Shown here one piece after another: positions 31,901-47,800 of a DNA stretch of 64,000 nt; position 1 is the first letter of the stretch, and every line of letters begins with the position of its first letter. A program made the translations under genes and the position numbers. Below the pieces are notes generated by a model. It was not told the DNA's origin and did no database searches. It saw only the letters and a list, made by a program, of their open reading frames with translations. The stretch is from NCBI RefSeq assembly GCF_009914755.1, contig NC_060937.1; one strand, written 5' to 3'. This stretch comes from the human T2T-CHM13v2.0 reference genome, Homo sapiens.

Positions 31901-34900
31901 GTACACCAAATATATATTCTATAGTGTACATAAAATATGAAAGTACCCAAACTATACATTATATACTGTACATAAAATATGAAATTACATCAAATATATA
32001 TTATATTAGGTACATAAAATATGAAAGTACATCAAATATAAATTATATACTGTACATAAAATACCAAAGTACCCCAAATATATATTATATACTGTACATG
32101 AAATATCAAAGTTCACAAACTATATATTATATACTGTACATAAAATATCAAAGTACCCAAGGTATATATTCTATTCTCTACAAAAAATATCAAAGTACCC
32201 AAAGCATGTGTTATATACGGTACATGAAATATGAAAGTACATCAAATATATATTTAATTCTGTACATAAAATATCAAAGTACACCAAATATATATTCTAT
32301 AGTGTACATAAAATATCAAAGTAGCCAAACTATACATTATATACTGTACATAAAATATGAAATTACATCAAATATATATTATATTAGGTACATAAAATAT
32401 GAAAGTACATCAAATATAGATTATATACTGTACATAAAATACGAAAGTACACCAAATATATATTTTATACTGTACATGCAATATCAAAGTTCACAAACTA
32501 TATATTATATACTGTACATAAAATATCAAAGTACCCAAGGTATATATTCTATACTGTACAAAAAATATCAAAGTACCCAAAGCAAGTATTATATACTGTA
32601 CATAAAATATGAAAGTACATCAAACATATATTTTATTCTGTACATATAATATCAAAGTACACCAAATATATATTCTATAGTGTACATAAAATATCAAAGT
32701 ACCCAAAGTATACATTATATACTGTACATAAAATATGAAATTACATCAAATATATATTACATTAGGTACATAAAATATGAAAGTACATCAAATATAGATT
32801 ATATACTGTACATAAAATATCAAAGTACCCCAAATATATATTATATACTGTACATGAAATATCAAAGTTCACAAACTATATATTATATACTGTACATAAA
32901 ATATCAAAGTACCCACGGTATATATTCTATACTGTACAAAATATATCAAAGTACCCAAAGCATGTATTATATACTGTACATAAAATATGAAAGTACATCA
33001 AATAAATAGTTTATTCTGTACATAAAATATCAAAGTACACCAAATATATATTCTATAGTGTACATAAAATATCAAAGTACCCAAACTATACATTATAAAC
33101 TGTAGATAAAATATGAAATTACATCAAATATATACTATATTATGTACATAAAATATGAAAGTACATCAAATATAGATTATATACTCTACATAAAATACCA
33201 AATTATCCCAAATAAATATTTTATACTGTACGTGCAATATCAAAGTTCACAAACTATATATTATATACTGTACATAAAATATCAAAGTACCGAAGGTATA
33301 TATTCTATACTGTACAAAAAATATCAAAGTACGCAAAGCATGTATTATATACTGTACATAAAATATGAAAGTACATCAAATATATATTTTATTCTGTACA
33401 TAAAATATCAAAGTACACCAAATATATATTCTGTAGTGTACATAAAATATCAAAGTACCCAAACTATACATTATATACTGTACATAAAATATGAAATTAC
33501 ATCAAATATATATTAAAATAGGTACATAAAATATGAAAGTACATCAAATATAAATTATATACTGTACATAAAATACCAAAGAACCCCAAATATATATTAT
33601 ATACTGTAAATGAAATATCAGAGTTCACAAACTATATATTATATACTGTACATAAAATATCAAAGTACCCAAGGTATATATTCTGTACTGTATAAAAAAT
33701 ATCAAAGTACCCAAATCATGTATTATATACTGTTCATAAAATATGAAAGTACATCAAATATGTATTTTATTCTGTACATAAAATATCAAAGTACACCAAA
33801 TATATATTCTATAGTGTACATAAAATATCAAAGTACCCAAACTATACATTATATACTGTACATAAAATATGAAATTACATCAAATATATATTATATTAGG
33901 TACATAAAATATGAAAGTACATCAAATATAGATTATATACTGTACATAAAATACCAAAGAACCCCAAATATATATTATATACTGTACATGAAATATCAAA
34001 GTTCACAAACTATATATTATATACTGTACATAAAATATCAAAGTACCCAAGGTATATTTTCTATACTGTACAAAAAATATCAAAGTACCCAAAGCATGTA
34101 TTATATACTGTTAATAAAATATGAAAGTACATCAAATATATATTTTATTCTGTACATAAAATATCAAAGTACACCAAATATATATTCTATAGTGTACATA
34201 AAATATCAAATTACACAAACTATACATTATATACTGTACATAAAATATGAAATTACATCAAATATATATTATATTAGGTACATAAAATATGAAAGTACAT
34301 CAAATATAAATTATATACTGTACATAAAATATCAAAGTACCTCAAATATATAGTATATACTGTACATGAAATATCAAAGTTCACAAGCTATATATTATAT
34401 ACTGCACATAAAATAGCAAAGTACCCAAGGTATATATTCTATACTGTACAAAAAATATAAAAGTACACAAAACATGTATTATATACTGTACATAAAATAT
34501 GAAAGTACATCAAATATATATTTTATTCTGTACATAAAATATCAAAGTACACCAAATATATATTCTATAGTGTACATAAAATATCAAAGTACCCAAAGTA
34601 TACATTATATACTGTACATAAAATATGAAATTACATCAAATATATATTACATTAGGTACATAAAATATGAAAGTACATCAAATATAGATTATATACTGTG
34701 CATAAAATATCAAAGTACCCCAAATATATATTATATACTGTACATGAAATATCAAAGTTCACAAACTATATATTATATACTGTACATAAAATATCAAAGT
34801 ACCCAAGGTATATATTCTATACTGTACAAAAAATATCAAAGTACGCAAAGCATGTATTATATACTGTACATAAAATATGAAAGTACATCAAATATATATT

Positions 34901-37900
34901 TTATTCTGTACATAAAATATCAAAGTACACCAAATATATATTCTATAGTGTACATAAAATATCAAAGTACCCAAACCATACATTATATACTGTACATAAA
35001 ATATGAAATTACATCAAATATATATTATAATAGGTACATAAAATATGAAAGTACATCAAATATAAATTATATACTGTACATAAAATACCAAAGAACCCCA
35101 TATATATATTATATACTGTACATGAAATATCAAAGTTCACAAACTATATATTATATACTGTATATAAAATATCAAAGTACCCAAGGTATATATTCTATAC
35201 TGTACAAAAAATATCAAAGTACCCAAAGCATGTATTATATACTGTTCATAAAATATGAAAGTACATCAAATATATATTTTATTCTGTACATAAAATATCA
35301 AAGTACACCAAATATATATTCTATAGTGTACATTAAATATCAAAGTACCCAAACTATACATTATATACTGTACATAAAATATGAAATTACATCAAATATA
35401 TATTTTATTAGGTACATAAAATATGAAAGTACATCAAATATAGATTATATACTGTACATAAAATACCAAAGTACCCCAAATACATATTATATACTGTACA
35501 TGAAATATCAAACTTCACAAACTATATATTATATACTGTACATAAAATATCAAAGTACCGAAAATATATATTCTATACTGTACAAAAAATATCAAAGTAC
35601 CCAAAGCATGTATTATATACTGTACATAAAATATGAAAGTACATCAAATATATATTTTATTCTGTACATAAAATATCAAAGTACACCAAATATATATTCT
35701 ATAGTGTACATAAAATATCAAAGTACCCAAACTATACATTACATACTGTACATAAAATATGAAATTACATCAAATATATATTATATTAGGTACATAAAAT
35801 ATGAAAGTACATCAAATATAAATTATATACAGTACATAAAATACCAAAGAACCCCAAATATATATTATGTACTCTACATGAAATATCAAAGTTCACAAAC
35901 TATATATTATATACTGTACATAAAACATCAAAGTACCCAAGGTATATATTCTATACTCTACAAAAAATATCAAAGTACCCAAAGCATGTATTATATACTG
36001 TACATAAAATATGAAAGTACATCAAATATACATTTAATTCTGTACATAAAATATCAAAGTACACCAAATATATATTCTTTAGAGTACATAAAATATCAAA
36101 GTACCCAAACTATACATTATATACTGTACATAAAATATGAAATTACATCAAATATATATTACATTAGGTACATAAAATATGAAAGTACATCAAATGTAGA
36201 TTATATACGGTACATAAAATACCAAAGTACACCAAATATATGTTATATACTGTACATGCAATATCAAATTTCACAAACTATGTATTATATACTGTACATA
36301 AAATATCAAAGTACCCAATGTATATATTCTATACTGTACAAAAAATATCAAAGTACCCAAAGCATGTATTATATACTGTACATAAAATATGAAAGTACAT
36401 CAAATATATATTTTATTCTGTACATAAAATATCAAAGTACACTAAATATATATTCTATAGTGTACATAAAATATCAAAGTACCCAAACTATACATTATAT
36501 ACTGTACATAAAATATGAAATTACATCAAATATATATTATATTAGGTACATAAAATATGAAAGTACATCAAATATAGATTATATACTGTACATAAAATAC
36601 CAAAGTACCCCAAATACATATTATATACTGTGCATGAAATATCAAATTTCACAAACGATATATTATATACTGTACATAAAATATCAAAGTACCCAAGGTA
36701 TATATTCTATACTGTACAAAAAATATCAAAGTACCCAAAGCATGTATTATATACTCTTCATAAAATATGAAAGTACATCAAATATATATTTTATTCTGTA
36801 CATAAAATATCAAAGTACACCAAATATATATTCTACAGTGTACATCAAATATCAAACTACCCAAACTATACATTATATACTGTACATAAAATATGAAATT
36901 ACATCAAATATATATTATATTAGGTACATAAAATATGAAATTACATCAAATATATATTATATACTGTACATAAAATACCAAAGTACCCCAAATACATATT
37001 ATATACTGTACATGCAATATCCAAGTGCACAAACTATATATTATATACTGCACATAAAATATCAAAGTAACGAAGCTATATATTCTATACTGTACAAAAA
37101 ATATCAAAGTACCCAAAGCATGTATTATATACTGTACATAAAATATTAAAGTACATCAAATATATATTTTATTCTGTACATAAAATATCAAAGTACACCA
37201 AATATATATTCTATACTGTACATAAACTATCAAAGTACCCAAACTATACATTATATACTGTACATAAAATATGAAATTACATCAAATATATATTATATTA
37301 GTTACATAAAATATGAAAGTACATCAAATATAGATTATATACTGTACATAAAATACCAAAGTACCCCAAATACATATTATATACTGTACAAGAAATATCC
37401 AAGTTCATAAACTATATATTATATACTGTACATAAAATATCAAAGTACCCAAGGTATATATTCTATACTGTACAAAAATATCAAAGTACCCAAAGCATGT
37501 ATTATATACTGTACATAAAATATGAAAGTACATCAAATATATATTTTATTCTGTACATAAAATATCAAGGTACACCAAATATATATTCTATAGTGTACAT
37601 AAATTATCAAAGTACCCAAACTATACATTATATCCTGTACATAAAATATGAAATTACATCAAATATATATTATATTAGGTACATAAAATATGAAAGAACA
37701 TCAAATATAAATTATATACTGTACATAAAATACCAAAGAACCCCAAATATATATAGTATACTGTACATGAAATATCAAAGTTCACAAACTATATATTATA
37801 TACTGTATACAAAATATCAAAGTACCCAAGGTTTATATTCTATACTGTACAAAAATTATCAAAGTACCCAAAGCATGTATTATATACTCTTCTTAAAATA

Positions 37901-40900
37901 TGAAAGTACATCAAATATATATTTTATTCTGTACATAAAATATCAAAGTACACCAAATATATATTCTATAGTGTACATAAAATATCAAAGTACCCAAACT
38001 ATACATTATATACTGTACATAAAATATGAAATTACATCAAATATATATTATATTAGGAACATAAAATATGAAAGTACATGAAATATATATTATATACTGT
38101 ACATAAAGTACCAAAGTACCCCAAATACGTATTATATACTGTACATGAAATATCAAAGTTCACAAACTATCCATTATATACTGTACATAAAATATCAAGG
38201 TACCAAAAGTATATATTCTATTCTGTACAACAAATATCAAAGTACCCAAAGCATGTATTATATACTGTACATAAAATATGAAAGTACATCAAATATATAT
38301 TTTATTCTGTACATAAAATATCAAAGTACACCAAATATATATTCTATAGTGTACATAAAATATCAAATTACCCAAACTATACATTATATACTGTCCTTAA
38401 AATATGAAATTAAATCAAATATATATTATATTAGGTACATAAAATATGAAAGTACATCAAATATTAATTATATACTGTACATAAAATACCAAAGTACCCC
38501 AAATATATATTATATACTGTACATGAAATATAAAAGTTCACAAACTATATATTATATACTGTACATAAAATATGAAAGTACCCAAGGTGTATATTCTATA
38601 CTCTACAAAAAATATCAAAGTACCCAAAGCATGTATTATATACTGTACATAAAATATGAATGTACATCAAATATATATTTAATTCTGTACATAAAATATC
38701 AAAGTACACCAAATATTTATTCTATAGTGTACATAAAATATCAAACTACCCAAACTATACATTATATACTGTACATAAAATATGAAATTACATCAAATAT
38801 ATATTATATTATGTACATAAAATATGAAAGTACATCAAATATAGATTATATACTGTACATAAAATACCAAAGTACACCAAATATATATTTTATACTGTAC
38901 ATGCAATATCAAAGTTCACAAACTATATATTATATACTGTACATAAAATATCAAAGTACCCAAGGTATATATTCTATACTGTGCAAAAAATATCAAAGTA
39001 CCCAAAGCATGTATTATATAGTGTACATAAAATATGAAAGTACATCAAATATATATTTTATTCTGTACATAAAATATGAAAGTACACTAAATATATATTC
39101 TATAGTGTACATAAAATATCAAAGTACCCAAACTATACATTATATACTGTACATAAAATATGAAATTACATCAAATATATATTATATTAGGTACATAAAA
39201 TATGAAAGCACATCAAATATAGATTATATACTGTACATAAAATACCAAAGTACCCCAAATACATATTATATACTGTACATGAAATATCAAAGTTCACAAA
39301 CTATATATTATATACTGTACATAAAATATCAAAGTACCCAAGGTATATATTCTATAATGTACATAAAATATCAAAGTACCCAAACTATACATTATATACA
39401 TTACATAAAATATGAAATTAAATCAAATATATATTATATTATGTACATAAAATATGAAAGTACATCAAATATTAATTAAATACTGTACATAAAATACCAA
39501 AGAACCCCAAATATATATTATATACTGTACATGAAATATCAATGTTCACAAACTATATATTATATACTGTACATAAAATATCAAAGTACTGAAGGTATAT
39601 ATTCTATACTCTACAATAAATATCAAAGTACCCAAAGCATGTATTATATACTGTTCATAAAATATGAAAGTACATCAAATATATATTTAGTTCTGTACAT
39701 AAAATATCAAAGTACACCAAATATATATTCTATAGTGTACATAAAATATCAATGTAGCCAAACTATACATTATATACTGTACATAAAATATGAAATTACA
39801 TCAAATATATATTATATTATGTACATAAAATATGAAACTACATCAAATATAGATTATATACTGTACATAAAATACCAAAGTACACCAAATATATATTTTA
39901 TACTGTACATGCAATATCAAAGTTCACAAACTATATATTATATACTGTACATAAAATATCAAAGTACCCAAAGTATATATTCTATACTGTGCAAAAAATA
40001 TCAAAGTACCCAAAGCATGTATTATATACTGTACATAAAATATGAAAGTACATCAAATATATATTTTATTCTGTACATAAAATATCAAAGTACACTAAAT
40101 ATATATTCTATAGTGTACATAAAATATCAAGGTACCCAAACTATACATTATATACTGTACATAAAATATGAAATTACATCAAATATATATTATATTAGGT
40201 ACAAAAAATATGAAAGTACATCAAATATAGATTATATACTGTACATAAAATACCAAAGTACCCCAAATACATATTATATACTGTACATGAAATATCAAAG
40301 TTCACAAACTATATATTATATACTGTACATAAAATATCAAAGTACCCAAGGTATATATTCTATAATGTACATAAAATATCAAAGTACCCAAACTATACAT
40401 TATATACATTACATAAAATATGAAATTAAATCAAATATATATTATATTAGGTACATAAAATATGAAAGTACATCAAATATTAATTATATACTGTACATAA
40501 AATACCAAAGAACCCCAAATATATATTATATACTGTACATGAAATATCAATGTTCACAAACTATATATTATATACTGTACATAAAATATCAAAGTACTGA
40601 AGGTATATATTCTATACTCTACAAAAAATATCAAAGTACCCAAAGCATGTATTATATACTGTTCATAAAATATGAAAGTACATCAAATATATATTTAATT
40701 CTGTACATAAAATATCAAAGTACACCAAATATATATTCTATAGTGTACATAAAATATCAATGTAGCCAAACTATACATTATATACTGTACATAAAATATG
40801 AAATTACATCAAATATATATTATATTATGTACATAAAATATGAAACTACATCAAATATAGATTATATACTGTACATAAAATATCAAAGTACCCCAAATAC

Positions 40901-41850
40901 ATATTATGTACTGTACATGAAATATCAAAGTTCACAAACTATATATTATATACTGTACATAAAATATCAAACTACCCAAGGTATATATTCTATACTGTAC
41001 AAAAAATATCAAAGTACCCAAAGCATGTATTATATACTGTACATAAAATATGAAAGTACATCAAATAAATATTTTATTCTGTACATAAAATATCAAAGTA
41101 CACCAAATATATATTCTACAGTGTACATAAAATATCAAAGTACCCAAACTATACATTAAAAACTGTACATAAAATATGAAATTACATCAAATATATACTA
41201 TATTATGTATATAAAATATGAAAGTACATCAAATATAGATTATATACTGTACATAAAATACCAAAGTACCCCAAATAAATATTTTATACTGTACATGCAA
41301 TATCAAAGTTCACAAACTATATATTATATACTGTACATAAAATATCAAAGTACCGAAGGTATATATTCTATACTGTACAAAAAATATGAAAGTACCCAAA
41401 GCATGTATTATATACTGTACATAAAATATGAAAGTACATCAAATATATATTTTATTCTGTACATAAAATATCAAAGTACAGCAAATATATATTCTATAGT
41501 GTACATAAAATATCAAAGTACCCAAACTATACATTATATACTGTACATAAAATATGAAATTACATCAAATATATATTATATTAGGTACATAAAATATGAA
41601 AGTACATCAAATATAAATTATATACAGTACATAAAATACCAAAGTACCCCAAATATATATTATATACTGTACATGCAATATCAAAGTTCACAAACTATAT
41701 ATCATATACTGTACATAAAATATCAAAGTACCCAAGGTATATATTCTATACTGTACAAAAAATATCAAAGTACGCAAAGCATGTATTATATACTGTACAT
41801 AAAATATGAAAGTACATCAAATATATATTTTATTCTGTACATAAAATATC
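22941..41850 (+). repeat. Domain 2: canonical 378-bp 9-monomer HSat1A higher-order repeat, more diverged between units
   Basis: 126-aa periodicity in long ORFs (23516, 27941, 29075, 34474). Order is ABCDEFGHI, with diagnostic agcatgtatt, ttctatagtg and ttctatac(B). Domain-1 markers are essentially absent. Confidence 0.92.
38790..40870 (+). repeat. 1,008-bp (24-monomer, 9+9+6) tandem duplication
   Basis: atgcaat 38901/39909, gtgcaaa ~38981/~39989, caatgttcac ~39540/~40548 and aatgtagcc 39751/40759. Both copies contain the same B-to-F skip with tatacattacat and gaaattaaatc. Confidence 0.88.
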
Positions 41851-44800
41851 AAAGTACACCAGATATATATTCTATAGTGTACATAAAATATCATAGTAGC
41901 CAAACTATACATTATATACTGTACATAAAATATGAAATTACATCAAATATATATTAGGTACATAAAATATGAAAGTACATCAAATATAGATTATATACTA
42001 TACATAAAATAACAAAGTACCCCAAATATATATTATATACTCTACATGAAATATCAAAGTTCACAAACTATATATTATATACTGTACATAAAATATCAAA
42101 GTACCCAAGGTATATATTCTATACTGTACAAAAAATATCAAAGTACCCAAAGCATGTATTATATACTGTACATAAAATATGAAAGTACATCAAATATATA
42201 TTTTATTCTGTACATCAAATATCAAAGTACACCAGATATATATTCTATAGTGTACATAAAATAACAAAGTACACAAACTATAAATTATATACTGTATATA
42301 AAATATGAAATTACATCAAAAATATATTAGGTACATAAAATATGAAAGTACATCAAATATAGATTATATACTGTACATAAAATATCAATGTACCCAAAAT
42401 ATATATTTTATACTCTACATGAAATATCAAAGTTCACAAACTATATATTATATACTGTACATAAAATATCAAAATACCCAAGGTATATATTCTATACTGA
42501 ACAAAAAATATCAAAGTACCCAAAGCATGTATTATATACTGTACATAAAATATGAAAGTACATCAAATATATATCTTATTCTGTACATAAAATATCAATG
42601 TACACCAGATATATATTTTATAGTGTACATAAAATATCAAAGTACCCAAACTATACATTATATACTGTACAGAAAATATGAAATTACAGCAAATATATAT
42701 TATATTAGGTACATAAAATATGAAAGTACATCAAATATAGATTATATACTGTACATTAAATACCAAAGTAACCCAAATATATATTTTATACTGTACATGA
42801 AATATCAAAGTTCACAAACCATACATTATATACTGTACATAAAATATCAAAGTACACAAGGTATATATTCTATACTGTACAAAAAATATCAAAGTACCCA
42901 AAGCATGTATTATAAACTGTACATAAAATATGAAAGTACATCAAATATATATTTTATTCTGTACATAAAATATCAAAGTACACCAGATATATATTCTACA
43001 CTGTACATAAAATATCAAATTACCCAAACTATACATTATATACTGTACATAAAATATAAGATTACATCAAATATATATTATATTAGGTACATAAAATATG
43101 AAAGTACATCAGATATAGATTATATACTGTACATAAAATATCAAAGTACCCCAAATATATATTATATACTCTACATGAAATATCAAAGTTCGCAAACTAT
43201 ATATTATATACTGTACATAAAATATCAAAGTACCCAAGGTATATATTCTATACTGTACAAAAAATATCAAAGTACCCAAAGCATGTATTATATACTGTAC
43301 ATAAAATATGAAAGTACATCAAGTATTTATTTTATTCTGTACATAAATTATCAAAGTACACCAGATATATATTCTATAGTGTACATAAAATATCAAAGTA
43401 CCCAAACTAAACATTATATACTGTGCATAAAATATGAGATTACATCAAATTTATATTATATTAGGTACATAAAATATGAAAGTGCATCAGACATAGATTA
43501 TATACTGTACATAAAATATCAAAGTACCCCAAATATATATTATATACTCTACATGAAATATCAAAGTTCACAAACTATATATTATATACTGTACATAAAA
43601 TATCAAAGTACCCAAGGTATATATTCTATACTGTACAAAAAATATCAAAGTACCCAAAGCATGTAGTATATACTGTACATAAAATATCAAAGTACCCCAA
43701 ATATATATTATATACTCTACATGAAATATCAAAGTTCACAAACTATATATTATATACTGTACATAAAATATCAAAGTACCCAAGGTATATATTCTATACT
43801 GTACAAAAAATATCAAAGTACACAAAGCATGTATTATATACTGTATATAAAATATGAAAGTACATCAAATATATATTTTATTCTGTACATAAAATATCAA
43901 AGTACACCAGATATATATTCTATAGTGTACATAAAATAACAAAGTACACAAACTATAAATTATATACTGTACATAAAATATGAAATTACATCAAATATAT
44001 ATTAGGTACATAAAATATGAATGTACATCAAATATAGATTATATACTGTACATATAATATCAATGTACTCCAAATATATATTTTATACTCTACATGAAAC
44101 ATCAAAGTTCACAAACCATATATTTTATACTGTACATAAAATATCAAAGTACCCAAGGTATATATTCTATACTGTACAAAAAATATCAAAGTACCCAAAG
44201 CATATATTATATACTGTACATAAAATATGAAAGTACATCAAATATATATTTTATTCCGTACATAAAATATCAAAGTACACCAGATATATATTCTATAGTG
44301 TACATAAAATATCAAAGTACCCAAACTATACATTATATACTGTACATAAAATATGAAATTACATCAAATATATATTATATTAGGTACATAAAATATGAAA
44401 GTACATCAAATATAGATTATATACTGTACATAAAATATCAAAGTACCCCAAATATATATTATATACTCTACATGAAATATCAAAGTTCACAAACTATATA
44501 TTATATACTGTACATAAAATATAAAAGTACCCAAGGCATATATTCTATACTGTACAAAAAATATCAAAGTACCCAAAGCATGTATTATATACTGTATATA
44601 AAATATGAAAGTACATCAAATACATATTTTATTCTGTACATAAAATATCAAAGTACACAGATATATATTCTATAGTGTACATAAAATAACAAAGTACACA
44701 AACTATAAATTATATACTGTACATAAAATATGAAATTACATCAAATATATATTAGGTACATAAAATATGAAAGTACATCAAATATAGATTATATACTGTA

Positions 44801-47800
44801 CATAAAATATCAAAGTACCCCAAATATATATTATATACTCTACATGAAATATCAAAGTTCACAAACAATATATTATATACTGTACATAAAATATCAAAGT
44901 ACCCAAGGTATATATTCTATACTGTACAAAAAATATCAAAGTACCCAAAGCATGTATTTTATACTGTACATAAAATATGAAAGTACATCAAATACATATT
45001 TTATTCTGTACATAAAATATCAAAGTACACCAGATATATATTCTATAGTGTACATAAAATAACAAAGTACACAAACTATACATTATATACTGTACATAAA
45101 ATATGAAATTACATCAAATATATATTAGGTACATAAAATATGAAAGTACATCAAATATACGTTATATACTGTACATAAAATATCAAACTACCCCAAATAT
45201 ATATTATATACTCTACATGAAATATCAAAGTTCACAAACTATATATTATATACTGAACATAAAATATCAAAGTACCCAAAGTATATATTCTATACTGTAC
45301 AAAAAATATCAAAGTACCCAAAGCATGTATTATATACTGTATATAAAATATGAAAGTACATCAAATATATATTTTATTCTGTACATAAAATATCAAAGTA
45401 CACCAGATATATATTCTATAGTGTACATAAAATAACAAAGCACACAAACTATAAATTATATACTGTACATAAAATATGAAATTACATCAAATATATATTA
45501 GGTACATAAAATATGAAAGTACATCAAATATAGATTATATACTGTACATATAATATCAATGTACCCCAAATATATATTTTATACTCTACATGAAATATCC
45601 AAGTTCACAAACCATATATTATATACTGTACATAAAATATCAAAGTACCCAAGGTATATATTCTATACTGTACAAAAAATATCAAAGTACCCAAAGCATG
45701 TATAATATACTGTACATAAAATATGAAAGTACATCAAATATATATTTTATTCTGTACATAAAATATCAAAGTACACCAGACATATATTCTATAGTGTACA
45801 TAAAATATCAAAAGTACCCAAACTATACATTATACACTGTACATAAAATATGAAATTTCATCAAATATATATTATATTAGGTACATAAAATATGAAAGTT
45901 CATCAAATATAGATTATATCCTGTATATTAAATACCAAAGTACCCCAAATATATATTTTATACTCTACATGAAATATCAAAGTTCACAACCATATATTAT
46001 ATACTTTACATAAAATATCAAGGTACCCAAGGTATATATTCTATACTGTTCAAAAAATATCAAACTACCCAAAGCATGTATTATATACTGTACATAAAAT
46101 ATGAAAGTACATCAAATATATATTTTATTCTGTACATAAAATATCAAAGTACCCCAGATATATATTCTATAGTGTACATAAAATATCAAAGTACCCAAAC
46201 TATACATTATATACTGTACATAAAATATGAGATTACATCAAATATATACTATATTAGGTACATAAAATATGAAAGTACATCAGATATAGATTATATACTG
46301 TACATAAAATATCAAAGTACCCCAAATATATATTATATACTGTACATGAAATATCAAAGTTCACAAACTATATATTATATACTGTACATAAAATATCAAA
46401 GTACCCAAGGTATATATTCTATACTGTACAAAAAATATCAAAGTACCCAAAGCATGTAGTATATACTGTACATAAAATATCAAAGTACCCCAAATATATA
46501 TTATTTATTCTCTACATGAAATATCAAAGTTCACAAACTATATATTATATACTGTACATAAAATATCAAAGTACCCAAGGTATATATTCTATACTGTACA
46601 AAAAATATCAAAGTACACAAAGCATGTATTATATACTGTACATAAAATATGAAAGTACATCAAATATATATTTTATTCTGTACATAAAATATCAAAGTAC
46701 ACCAGATATATATTCTATAGTGTGCATAAAATAACAAAGTACACAAACTATACATTATATACTGTACATAAAATATGAAATTACATCAAATATATATTAG
46801 GTACATAAAATATGAAAGTACATCAAATATAGGTTATATACTGTACATAAAATATCAAACTACCCCAAATATATATTATATACTCTACATGAAATATCAA
46901 AGTTCACAAACCATATATTATATACTGTACATAAAATATCAAAGTACCCAAGGTATATATTCTATACTGTACAAAAAATATCAAAGTACCCAAAGCATGT
47001 ATTATATACTGTACATAAAATATGAGAGTACATCAAATATATATTTTATTCTGTACATAAAATATCAAAGTACACCAGATTTATATTCTATAGTGTACAT
47101 AAAATAACAAAGTACAAAAACTATAAATTATATACTGTACATAAAATATGAAATTACATCAAATACATATTAGGTACATAAAATATGAAAGTACATCAAA
47201 TATAGATTATATACTGTACATAAAATATCAATGTACCCCAAATATATATTTTATACTCTACATGAAATATCAAAGTTCACAAACCATATATTATATACTG
47301 TACATAAAATATCAAAGTAACCAAGGTATATATTCTATACTGTACAAAAAATACCAAAGTACCCAAAGCATGTATTATATAATGTACATAACATATGAAA
47401 GTACATCAAATATATATTTTATTCTGTACATGAAATATCAAAGTACACCAGATATATATTCTATAGTGTACATAAAATATCAAAATACCCAAACTATACA
47501 TTATATACTGTACATAAAATATGAAATTACATCAAATATATATTATATTAGGTACATAAAATATGAAAGAACATCAAATGTAGATTATATACTGTACATA
47601 AAATATCAAAGTACCCCAAATATATATTATATACTCTACATGAAATATCAAAGTACCCAAGGTATATATTCTATAATGTACAAAAAATATCAAAGTAACC
47701 AAAGCGTGTATTATATACTGTATATAAAATATGAAATTACATCAAATATATATTTTATTCTGAACATAAAATATCAAAGTACACCAGATATATATTCTAT

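Noticed and set aside
3301-41280. TATA-like and AATAAA motifs (e.g. ~3302, ~26033, ~26934) as promoters or polyadenylation signals
   Set aside because: They are expected by chance from single substitutions in an AT-rich repeat, and there is no independent support from the sequence.
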